From assembly GCA_051294905.1 (NCBI GenBank), contig CM119372.1, forward strand, positions 36,582,001-36,646,000: 64,000 nucleotides of DNA. Direction: 5' to 3'. The notes beneath the pieces were generated by a model, which did not search any database, was not told the origin of the DNA, and saw nothing but the letters and a program-made list of their open reading frames with translations. The position numbers were made by a program, and so were the translations under genes. Positions 40,001 to 52,000 of this stretch are shown here, piece after piece; position 1 is the stretch's first letter; each line of letters begins with the position of its first letter. Source of the DNA: Botryllus schlosseri (taxonomy: Eukaryota).

Positions 40001-43000
40001 CAGTGAAATTCTGGACATGTCTGGGAAATTCCGGACGTATGGCAACCCTAGTATAGTGTATCTCGTTTCCCCCATTGTGACAGGCATGAATGCAAAATTT
40101 GGTATCATCAAATGCCGACAGCTTGATTTGCACTTTACGCTATGATGAAATTATTGTATATACACCATTACACCTTTTTCCCACACATGCATTTACATTG
40201 TATGCTGTTCGCAGGTTAACCACTATTGGTCACGAGAGTAACTCACCAATTTTGAAGTAAGGGATTCTGTTGCCATCATTCCTTCCGCACGGACCGCTCC
40301 AGTCTACAATCATTTCGTCATTTATCCACACTCTTATCAAAGCATGGGACGTGAGAATGCCAGGGTTGGTATCTAAACACAGACGCAGCGATTGACTATA
40401 ACACCGTCGCTCACTGCAGTAGGCCTACGTTACTTCATCTAATGTGATGCACAGGAGATGCGGGTAAATTGCAAGAAGGAAAAGAGTTCTTATTCGTCTG
40501 CATTATTGAGGCTCTTGGATGGCAAAGATGCAAAGAAACCGTATGATCATACTGTCATTAATGCGATTTGTCATCTCCAGGCTCGAAACCATAACATACA
40601 GAGGAACAGTCAAACGCTCTCACACAGTGATTCTTAATATATGAGTAATTACGCCCAACGAGCAATTTATCATTTCCTGACGGGTGATTTGACCGAATAA
40701 AACCAAATGCACTTAATATTCAGAAATTTCATTCTACTATTTACTATTAGTTTCGAAAGGAATCTTTTTTGATACTACAAAAAGCCTATGTTACATAACC
40801 GTGCAGGCCGCGTTTTCTCACAGCCGTACCCCTCAGGCCCATCTGTAATCCAGTTTCCACACCTCATACGTGAAACCGGAAAGCAAAAATATGGGAATTG
40901 CATGGGAATTGATAACATTGGAAATGTATATAAGATCCTTTTCAGAAAAGCGCCAGAGATTAATTAGCTTTACCTATGCTACCACTTTAAACAGATCCTA
41001 GAATGTAGGGTAGAGTGGAGGTTGTTACTGTGGGCATTTCATGTTAATCTTAGGGGATTCAATAATTTAGGAGCCATACTTGTATTCGCTAGATGGCGTA
41101 TGCTTGACGATACTTCCTGGTCTGGTCTAAGCGAATATTCTGGATATAGCTGTGATAGGGTACAGTTTGTCAATAGTAGGCTTACCATACGTCCTCTTTT
41201 AAGAGGATTTGTCCTTTTTTTTGACTTTTTTGAAAGTGTCCTCGGAGGACGCCCTTTTGTCCTCTTTTTTGAGATTTTGTCCTCTTTTTTGAAAATTTAG
41301 GTCAGATTTAGAGGAAATTGCGAGTGATAAGCCGCAAATTAGCGCAGAAGTGAAGCTCCGGCGGGCATTTCGGAGGGAAAAGCGGTGATATCAGCTCTGA
41401 GCGAAAAGAAGACCTTTATTTATTTTTTTATTTTTTTTTTAATCATCCACCTTGCAATGTGGAGTGAAAAACGTGATTTTGAGCTCTGAGCGGAAGTGAT
41501 GACCTTTTTTTTTTTTTTTTTTAGTCAACCGATCATGAAGTGGGAAAAATTTACCGGTTTTTGAGAATTCTTCTCCAGTTTTGCATGTCTGAAATTTCTG
41601 AAAAAGTGTCCTCTTTTTTCATTTCCGAAATATGGTAAGCCTAGTCAATAGTAATTGGCCCACCGGACGTTTCCCCACTGTATCTACCGATCTTGTTGGG
41701 ACAATATCTTATTCGTGCTACTATCGTGTCTTATTATATTTGGATATAAGGAAATTCGATCAATTGGAACTTTAAGCAATACACTGTTTTCTACCGTACT
41801 TCAAGATCGCGTATATTTACATCGGGAAACTATAATAGGACTTTGCGGCGCTGTAAGTTGAAGGGAAGACAGCTTACACAGAATCATATAGGCAGTTCAG
41901 CGGCCGCAACAGAGGTCGACCGATTATAATTATCGACCTGGCCGATTATCGAGACCGATATTTGGAACTTTCCCGATTATCGATATCGGCCTATGAAGGC
42001 CGATATTGCGGCCGATATTTTATATATAAAAAAATTCGAAAATATTGGAAATTCAATGCTCCGTGTTCTCAATCTCAATAAATCGATGACGCAAAAGGCG
42101 ATACGTGACAGATTTACCCGTGCAGAACGAGTTTAACTGGCGAGCATGCAGAGAAGCTGCTTCCTGCATTACAATGTACCTCGACTGGACTGATCTGTAT
42201 CACGTTTTGCTTTTTGGGTCATCCCAAATTTCAATGAATGTGCACAATTAGGCAATAATTCTTTTTAATTTCAGTTTTCTCGTTTGTTTTTCAGTTTTCT
42301 ATGGCATGTGCAAGTGCCACCTTGGCTAATAAATAATATTTTAGGCGAAATGGTTCTCTGCTCTTTCCATATTAATATCAGCCTATGATATCAGTTATCG
42401 GCCTTGTGAGTGCGTCGATAATCGGTATAGGTATCGGCCTGCAAAAATCAATATCGGTCGACCTCTAGTGTAGATTCCCAACCGCGGCTTCAAGGTAGCC
42501 TTTCTACGGCTTTGATTGATCTCTAAATATGCTACAAAGTTATATAATAGACAACAGCCGTTGTTCGTATCTATGAATAGTTCTAGTCAATTTATGTATA
42601 TGAATGCTAAAGTGAGATATATTAGTTATGTCTAAAGCCGTCGAATACCAAGAGAATTCTTACAGCAGACTAGCGTCAAACGCAGGTATGAATATCCCGT
42701 CAGCAAGGATATATCTTGAGTTCTGCTTAGCATAGACCTTTATGTGTATTCTCCCGGAAGAGAAAATTACGACAATTTTACTAGCATCAGAGTAACGGCT
42801 CAAGCTAAGTATAAATTGCAGTAAGTCCAATATTACTCGGCGTATAATCCCCCGCAAACCTGTGCATTAAGTGCTGGAATGTATGAAGAGCTATTACCTG
42901 ACGACATAATAGTATGTTGTAGTAATGCTATGCATTACAGTTTATTTCAATGTATAGTAGGGTGGAGTGAAAATGACTTTTTTTTTTTCAAATCAAAAAA

Positions 43001-46000
43001 GGGCTTCCTCAATCCTGACAAATGACCTAAAACAGTGGTTCCCAACCTTTTTCATCTGGTGCCTCCCTTGGCCGAAATTTAAGCCAAAATTCCCCCCTTA
43101 GGATAAATCTGCCCGATGATTAAAAAAGGTCATTTTTACCGCGCAAACACCTGTTGACTGAGAGAATAAGACGGGCGGTACCGAGTGTTTGTTTCTAGCA
43201 GTGCTGTAATAACACTTTGTAGACCTTTAAAAACAATGGTCTTGATCCCAATCAAACAAATTCTGGAAGGCTTGACTCAACAAACCCCCACACTTGCATT
43301 TGTGTTTTCGGCTTACCATGCACCAATCGCTAATATAACTGTTGTGAAAAATCACTATGCATAAATTTACTGGTCTTGCGATTTTTTTCTCAAGTTTGCG
43401 TATGCATTTGGCCGATAATATTAGTACTTTCATATATAGGAGGGTTGACCAGACTAGAGTCTGACTCGAGTCACCATTTTCTGATGACTCGACTCGACTC
43501 GAGTCATTTTCTCAAAATACAGAAGCGACTCGACTCGAGACAATCTGGGTATTGACTCGACTTGGACTCGAGTCATTGTTCATGACTCGAACCAAGCCAT
43601 ATGATTTAAGACTATAAGACGGCCAAGACCGACATTTCATTGTAATTTCGAAGAACAGTAAAGTGACCAGTGTGACCACCCTATTGGAATTTCGTCTATT
43701 GATCCTGGTATTTGACAATGGGACAAGAAACTGCTCAAAGTGAGGAAAATTAGTATATCATAAATCCAAATCATTCAATATCACCAAACAGTGTTGACTG
43801 GAGTGTGACTTGGACTCGGACTCGAGACATAATACACTGACTCGGACTCGATCCTCTGCTCGGTGACTTGGACTCGGACTTGACTCAATGGTGAATTGAA
43901 AATGACTCGACTTGACTCGAGTAAAAACTATGAAAGTGAGATTGAGTTGTGACTCGGAGCCTCGTGATTTGGTTTCGGCGTTGATATATAACATACACGT
44001 GATCAGATACCCTGCTGGAGCTCATTGAAATTTAGGACACCCATTACGTTTCGGCAACATTGCACCAAGTTTACCATGTATTTTTTCGATCGGGTAGCTG
44101 TTCACTAAAAATAAAGCAAGGCTAGCGATCTCTTTGACTTGAATCGATGACGTTGAAATATTTTGTCACTGTCTGAAAATGTTGACTTGAAAATATAAGA
44201 TAAATACTTTCACTAGAGGCCCTGTTGTGATAGATACGGCACGACATTTGCTCGCTTCGGATATATTTGATTGAGAGGCCGTCGCTGGCCTACAAAATTG
44301 TCTTGCAAACTGCAGCACATCTGAACTAATTTTAAAAAATGGGGGGGGGGGATTTGTATGTGAAAAAGAGATTTCAAATAGCATTTGAACATACTTTCAG
44401 CAAACAAACAAAAAAAACATAAGGAGCATACGTTCAGATATAACTGGTTGACTACATGACAGTTCAGACATGAACAATTTAGGAAATCCAATTCCAAAGT
44501 GGAATTCCTCCCTAAAAATTGCAAAATTCCCCCCAAGGGGGGAATTCCTCCCCGGTTGGGAACCACTGACCTAAAACTTCAATAAAAAGTGACTTGAGGG
44601 TATTACCCCCATTTTCCACCCGGCAACCCCCCAATTTCTGCGCGTGGGGGGAGGGGGTAAAATGGCCCATCTCGGCAACCGCTGGTCGTAGAGTCATGAT
44701 ATATAGCTCAAAATATGCGGAAGCGTCATGTTTCTATCTGTCTTAAGAAGAAAGATTTCTCTATTGTGAACTCAAAATGAGTTATAGCCACAAAACAATA
44801 TATACGCACATTTTTGTTGAAATTCAGCATTCATTCTGACGAATTGTGATCGGTCATCAGTTTTTTTTAATCTAAAAGTAACACACTGACAATACCGAAT
44901 ATTGGGCCCATAATACAAATATATTCACAACACAGTCCTTTTAAAATCGGTTCAAAACATCATAATGAAACACTCACATTTAACGACTTATTGAAAATGC
45001 ATTTTTGTGTCAAATTTTTTCATCAGTTTACGAGACTTAATTTTTTGGCAATTGAGAGGCCATCTCGTCTTTCAAATCCCGAAACTTGTGCTGATGCTTC
45101 TGTTACGAGCTTTACATGTCCTTCCACTGTTTGATTGTAGCATGGATGAAACAAAATCAGAGGCTTCTCGCGGCATTCTTCCAACTCTGCATCAGTTAAG
45201 TGCTCAATCGCTGGAGGAAGTTGTTGATAAGGTTCAATATCAACCAACTCGTGGTATGCCTTTGCCTCCAAGTTCAACTTTGTGACACAGAATAAACGAA
45301 TAGGACCCCAGTTCAATTGTTTGGGACTGCTATGACTCTCAATGTCCATAAGTGAATTTTGTTCAGCGGCATGTTTTCGAATCGCCAGCACCTTGGTCAC
45401 CTTGGAGGTTGGACCAGTTGTGCATTCAAGATGGCTAACTTTAGAATGCAGTGCAGAGTTTTACGGTATTATGTGACAGTTGATGAACCGCCTTTGAACC
45501 TGGAGATTTTGGTTCGTTTTTGCTTTGAAGTATATTTTCCGACTTGGTTTGAGATCAAGCGAAACGGACATATAACACATGGATCCAGAAACTTCTTCAA
45601 CTTGATTCAACAGGTTTTGAATTTTTCTGACCGAAACGTTCGGAAAATTGCTTTGAATGTGGTGATAAGAAACGGTTATTTCGCACACCCCGAAAATATT
45701 ATGATTGCAATGCTGGTAGATGATAATGAAGACATACGAAATAAGGGTGTGACCACTGACCAAGGTGCTTGCGTTTCGAAAACATGCCGCTGAACAAAAT
45801 TCACTTATGGACATTGAGAGTCATAGCAGTCCCAACCAATTGAACTGGGGTCCTATTCGTTTATTCTGTGTCACAAAGTTGATCTTGGAAGCAAAGGCAT
45901 ACCACGAGTTGGTTGATATTGAACCTTATCAACAACTTCCTCCAGCGATTGAGCACTTAACTGATGCAGAGTTGGAAGAATGCCGCGAGAAGCCTCTGAT

Positions 46001-49000
46001 TTGTTTCATCCATGCTACAATCAAACAGTGGAACGACATGTAACGCTCGTAACAGAAGCATCAGCACAAGTTTCGGGATTTGAAAGACGAGATGGCCTCT
46101 CAATTGCCAAAGAATTAAGTCTCGTAAACTGATGAAAAAATTTGCCACAAAAATGCATTTTCAATAAGTCGTTAAATGTGAGTGTTTCATTATGATGTTT
46201 TGAACCGATTTTAAAAGGACTGTGTTGTGAATATATTTGTATTATGGGCCCAATATTCGGTAATGTCAGTGTGTTACTTTTAGATTCAATAAAACTGATG
46301 ACAGATCACAATTCGTCAGAATAAATGCTGAATTTCAACAAAAATGTGCGTATATATTGTTTTGTGGCTATAACTCATTTTGAGTTCACAATAGAGAAAT
46401 CTTTCTTCTTAAGACAGATAGAAACATGAGGAAGCCCCTTTTTGATTTGAAAAAAAGGCATTTTCACTCCACCCTAAATTGTATAGCAGTCGCCAATCCA
46501 CGTCTATCAATGCTTGAATACCCGATATAGAATCTATTGAAGTATTCGTGCATGTTTTTGAATTGGCTTGACGGTGAGATCCAGAGGTAGGCTAGCTACC
46601 TTTAAATTTTCGTTGTAAGTAACGTATACTCGAGTGTTTTCATGCGTCTCCATTGGTACTTTGAGGTTTGAAATGCGGCTCCGACATCCGAAAAGATTGA
46701 GAACCACCGGTGTAGACAATGACCCTGGGGCTTGCTGAATATTTAATACGTTGGCCCCGTGACACCATAATTTTATATAGCAATTGCTGGATAATCAGGT
46801 ATTTCATGATTGAGAGTAGTTGAAGTCCTTCGGGGGTAAGAAACACTGGCCTAACATACCATCTCTTCAGCAAAACATTATTGAATATCAGTATATTTTC
46901 AATCAATATGTAACAAAAAAGTGACTTACGTGTATCTCCGCTGGTGCTGTATTTGCTCCATTTTATCTCCCACTTCATTTTTACCCAGCGATCAAATTGG
47001 AAGCTCCGAGCAGGCATAGTCCAGAGGACGTTGTACTTAGAAAATAAATATGGAATCAGGAATAACCGTAGGAAGAGGCGATTGAAGAGGTTCGTGTTGC
47101 TACTTGGGTAGAAGTAGAGGTAACGCCATGCTACTCAATTACAAGTAGAAATGGTAATTACTGAGACTTCAAAACTGCTGTAAGTAGAAGTAGAAAATGA
47201 ACGATCTTTACCATAGGCCTACTCCACGTAGTTTCAAAATGTATCTTTGGTTGCAATGAGAACTCACATACTTTTGGTAATTAATTGGGGGTGGTCACTT
47301 TGGAAATGGAAGGCTGCAGTGTCGTGACTAAGACCGTATAACTAAAGACGCTGAAAATTGGTGGAATATTCGATAATATAGTCAGCAGTCACCGTGATAG
47401 CTATTTTGTTAGGTTCTTACGACGATTTCACACAAAGAAGTGATGCAGACATATTCCAAACTGCTTTTCTACTTTCTCATATTCAAAGATTAAAAAAGTT
47501 ACTTGTTTTGATAGAAAACTGTTCTAGCAGAAGTGGAAACAGTCACCTCATGAGTGAGCATGTGAAAGTACGCAAAACCAAATTAAGTACTTCGAAAAAG
47601 TATAAGTACTTCGTTACTGACCAACAGTGCATAGCGTACAGGTCAAACTTTGTTGAAGTAAGATTTTGACTACCACACAGAGTCATATGAAACCAACTTG
47701 TTGCCGAGGATGATCCGGGCACCTAACTGATGCTAAACCAGATTTCGGACACCCTCCTTTTTCTATGAACAACCTTTCATCCGACATGGCTGTTATCATG
47801 AAGTGCCCTTGCTTCAAGGACATCACCAACGGCGGATACCCGCCCTGGTTGTAATTTATCCCAATAAACTTGTTGTGATCGTCGAATATGTCACCTGCAA
47901 CGAAGCAATCTTGAAATTAGGAATATGAAAGGAGAAGTGTTCTATCTGCAATTGCATGCATATGGACTAAATCGAATCACAATGGGATCGTACTCTACCT
48001 GCAGTATTCACGCTAGAATAAGCAAATGCAGTCAATCTAGTCCAGTGTTTCTCAAACATATTTCAAACACGCCCCCCCCCCCCCCCTTGTAGATAGAGAA
48101 AAATTGGGCGCCCTCCTTTTCGTCGTATCAAAAAATATTAAAAAGAGCAACCAGAAGGTTTGAAATCAAAATGCACAGTTTGATAGTAGGTAAGATCATC
48201 ACTGTTGGTAGACCTCTCAAATATCAAATCCGGACAGCACACAGAGCAATATATTTATGAGCTGGAAGCAAATCGCGAAAAAACTTTCAGTTGAATATTT
48301 TGTCAAGAATAAAGGTGTGGCATGCGGGTAGCGCGTTCGATACACATATTTTAGCGATTTTGGAGTCTAATCCCTCTATTTCCTGACGTGGGCTTGGCTT
48401 AAACGTACCTGACCAGTGACCATATAGGGTAAATCAGAAACCTATGGCGCCGGCCGCACGCCATCAAAACTTGGCACTATATACCATGTACAAACGATTT
48501 TTCTCTTCGAGTCGCAGGTGTTCAACAAGAGAGTAGTCGGAGACGTTTTAAGCCACTTTGATGGGAATCCTTGCTTTTCGCTGCATATTATACGTGGCAT
48601 ATGACATGACCTTACAAGCACATATCTTATTTCTTCATAACTTTGTTTCTTTCTACGCACTCCATACAGATGCCTCACAGACAGACCATAAAAGCATCAG
48701 CGAACACTTACACGTGTTCTCCAGCCAATCCTTATTCAGAGACATCTACTGATTGGTGCTAAGTCCGGTATAAGTCACAATATATAGCATCGGTGTATGG
48801 ATAGCACGACGCTATATACCAGGGGTCGGGAACCCTTTTTGACCAAAGAGCCATAGTGACCCAATATTTTCAATAGTAACTCCCGAAAAGCCATACATGT
48901 CAATCAACTGCTACGTCACAATTGGAAATTCGTGACGTATTGGTGGCACTAATATATGGGATTCGTATAGTGTGTGCCATATTTTTCTGTCCACATGCGT

Positions 49001-52000
49001 AGGTGGAGCCAAACATGGTCACTATATCAGTACATAGGCTACCCACTGCAGGGTGTGATACGTCAGTGACTTGGGGTTAAGGGAGGCAAGTGAGGCAGTG
49101 CCTCACATGTCGTCAGGGATGTGTGAGGGAAAATTGTGAAACCTTCAATGATTATTGGTATTTTTTATCGATGTTTATGATTGATTAGATTTTAAACATT
49201 TTCATTCCCAAAATCATTGGAATTTTCATATTTATTTCGAAAATAAAGCGCGAAAGGGCCAAGCCTCACCAGTGATAGCGCAACTCATCGGAAATACCTT
49301 AGAATTTATCATCACTGATATTACTCGAACGAAATTGTCGCGCTGATTCCGAAAATCATAATATTGATCGACTGCTAAAGTATTTGGCGTAACATAACGC
49401 TACACAGCTACATTTTACGGTGGTTCTAGAAAGCTACTTGCGTTACCAATCAAGAACTTGGATAGCTATGGCGTTGTTTTTAATTTGAATTTGTAATTGG
49501 TAATGTCACTTCAAAGGAAGTTCATTTATCGGCGTAGATCAGGAACACAATGTGTATTTGAAAGCTGCATTTTCCTACAAACGTCGACATGTCAATGTAT
49601 CAATCAAGGTATTGTACAATCCAAGATTTCGAGGCGCGCGATGGCGGGTGGATCGAATTCGCTAGTGGTGTCAGTCGCCGGCGCGACAGCTACTTCAGTT
49701 TGAGGATTTTGAAAAGGGGGGTATGAGCCCCTAACCCTGGTTACCCCACTGTCTTGACCTCTCAAAGACATGTTTATGTTGTCACGAGAATAATTATTTG
49801 GGCCGTCATGAAAATCTACCAACAGGTTGCTGCAATTTTGATAAATTAAGAAGAAAATTAAAAATTTATCAAAGGGCCATATCTTATACCCAAAAGAGCC
49901 ATATATGGCTCGCGAGCAATAGGTTCCCGACAACTGCTATATACTATGACATTCGACACTCGACACACAGCGTTTGGGCGGGCTGACAAAGTATAAATTC
50001 AGTTCCTGGATAGGGGGTACGAGATACATTTCAGGAAAACTCAAGTGGGACGAGCGCTAGAAAGGTTAAGAAACAATGGATTGGAGGTTTGAAATGCTCG
50101 ATAATACACAGAAGCGATGTTTATATTCACGGTATATCTCAAATAGGAAGGTCTCCCGTATTGAAGAACCCCTGATCTATCGAAGTCGGTACATGTATAA
50201 TGCAAAATGATTCGATATCGAGGTATTGCTCGAATACTAACAATTTTTGCCCAATTTTCTGACAATAGAGCATATCATCATTTTGGAAACCACAAACAGG
50301 TATACCTACAGGGCAGGGGTTGGGAACCAATGGCTCGCGAGTCAAATACTACTCTTTTGATGATATAATATGGCTCTTCGATAAATTTCCAATTCCCATT
50401 TTATTTATCAATATTGCCGCACGTTAAAATAAAATTAAAATGTGAAGCTTGCAAAAGGTTTCCGACCCCTAATGCTAAGCTTAATTTTCTCATGTTCAAC
50501 TGTCGTTTTTCATTACGTCGAGCGCGCTCAAATATTTACCATATTTTGAGATTGGGAAAGAAGGACATTTTCACAGTCTCCAGAGGTTACTGAAGCGGAA
50601 TAGAAAACCATATTTATGCAGGGTTAGGGTTGATTACAAATAAAAAAAAATAAAAAAGGCCATTTTCCGATTTGACTCCCGAAATACCCGCCTATCTTTT
50701 AGGCCAAAATTTAACGTCTTTCGTGGAATTTTGGGGCATTTAAGGCTAAGAAGGAGGACGAATTGTCAAAAAATGAGACATCTGGGCGGAGGAAAGATAT
50801 TTCATCAAAAAGGAAGACAAATCCTTCTAAAGGAGGAGGTATGGTAACCCTATATATCATCACATCTGCGTATACACGGAAATATGGTGCACACGACGGA
50901 TATCATGTAGTGAGCTTCGATTTCGGACCACGGTGACGTCACAAATCGTCAGTTGTGACGTACCAGTCAATTGAACTCATGGTATGGCCCTTTCAGAATT
51001 ACAATTGACAATATGAGGTAAACATTACTCTTTGAGGAAAAAGGTTCCCGACCCCTCTACATACATACTTTGGTCACAGTAGCCTTTGGAACACAGTCTG
51101 TGAACATCCACAGCAGATACCTTTGCGATGCATTTGTTGTTGTCTCGTAACAATGTAGGGTCGGCCGATCCGTGCCATTGAGTGATTATATACTGAGCAC
51201 CGAAATTAATGTCATCTTTCCCGATGTATATCTCATATTCGTATACGTGCAGGTGGTCAAGCGGTAAGTGGGAAATGGGACACATGGTCTTCACAAGTAT
51301 TTCTGTATTCAAAATGAAGTGTAATGATGTAAGCCAGTATTGAGATATAAGTTTTCATTGCAGTTGTTTTGTTGGGGAAGGGTGAATAATACACTAATAC
51401 TACGCACCAGGGATAAATATATCTAATATTGGTTCTCATTCTAGGGAAATGGCACCATTTTTCTTCAGCGCCCCCATTACCGCGCCAATGTGCCCAGCGC
51501 CCCCCCCCCCCCATATCAACCCCCGAGTGTTTCCGCCACCTTCAAATTTCAAATCGCCCCTTGTCGGCGCTGGAGACAAGGTTGAAAAGAACTGGTTTAG
51601 AATTTGACGTGTACAAATATCTGATGTTTATTTTGTTAAATCGAGGCAAGGGCAGTATAATGTCAATACTCGAAGAAGGTGACTCTCATTAGTCGACTCG
51701 AATTATCCGAGTACCCGAATGATTGTGACCAGCATTAGCAGACAATACCCGTTATTTTCGGAGGAGGTGCATCCGTATCTGTAGACAATTCCGTTGTTCC
51801 CTCCCTGTACCATGTTGAATACAAACTTACCAAATTCGTTCGGTACCTCCCCGTACTTCTTGATCACTTCCTCCTCCTCATTGTAACAAGTGGTAAGTTC
51901 CAATCTGGATTTTCCACCCACGTTATTTGGTACGAATGAAAACCTAGGTAGTAAAACATGGAGTTACAGAAAAATTGCAGGAATCGAACTCATATTTAAA

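Larger units (their letters stand above)
42958..46476 (+). mobile_element. Defective hAT-superfamily (hATm-like) transposon with transposase remnant and internal fold-back
   Basis: ~50-bp TIR tagggtggagtgaaaatg...gggcttcctca, mirrored at 46427-46476; flanks aatgtatag/aattgtatag. Remnant LRYYV...VYFPTWFEIK...RNGYFAHPEN...HPCYNQTVE.HV.LVTEAS...RDG. Subfamily name is from recollection of this motif set. Confidence 0.75.

Noticed and set aside
51703..51830. ORF extension GIVYRYG resembling heparinase VYHYG
   Set aside because: The strong gtaagt donor at 51830 gives the phase-1 join needed for the QWHG exon; the later donors I checked shift the frame or are weak.
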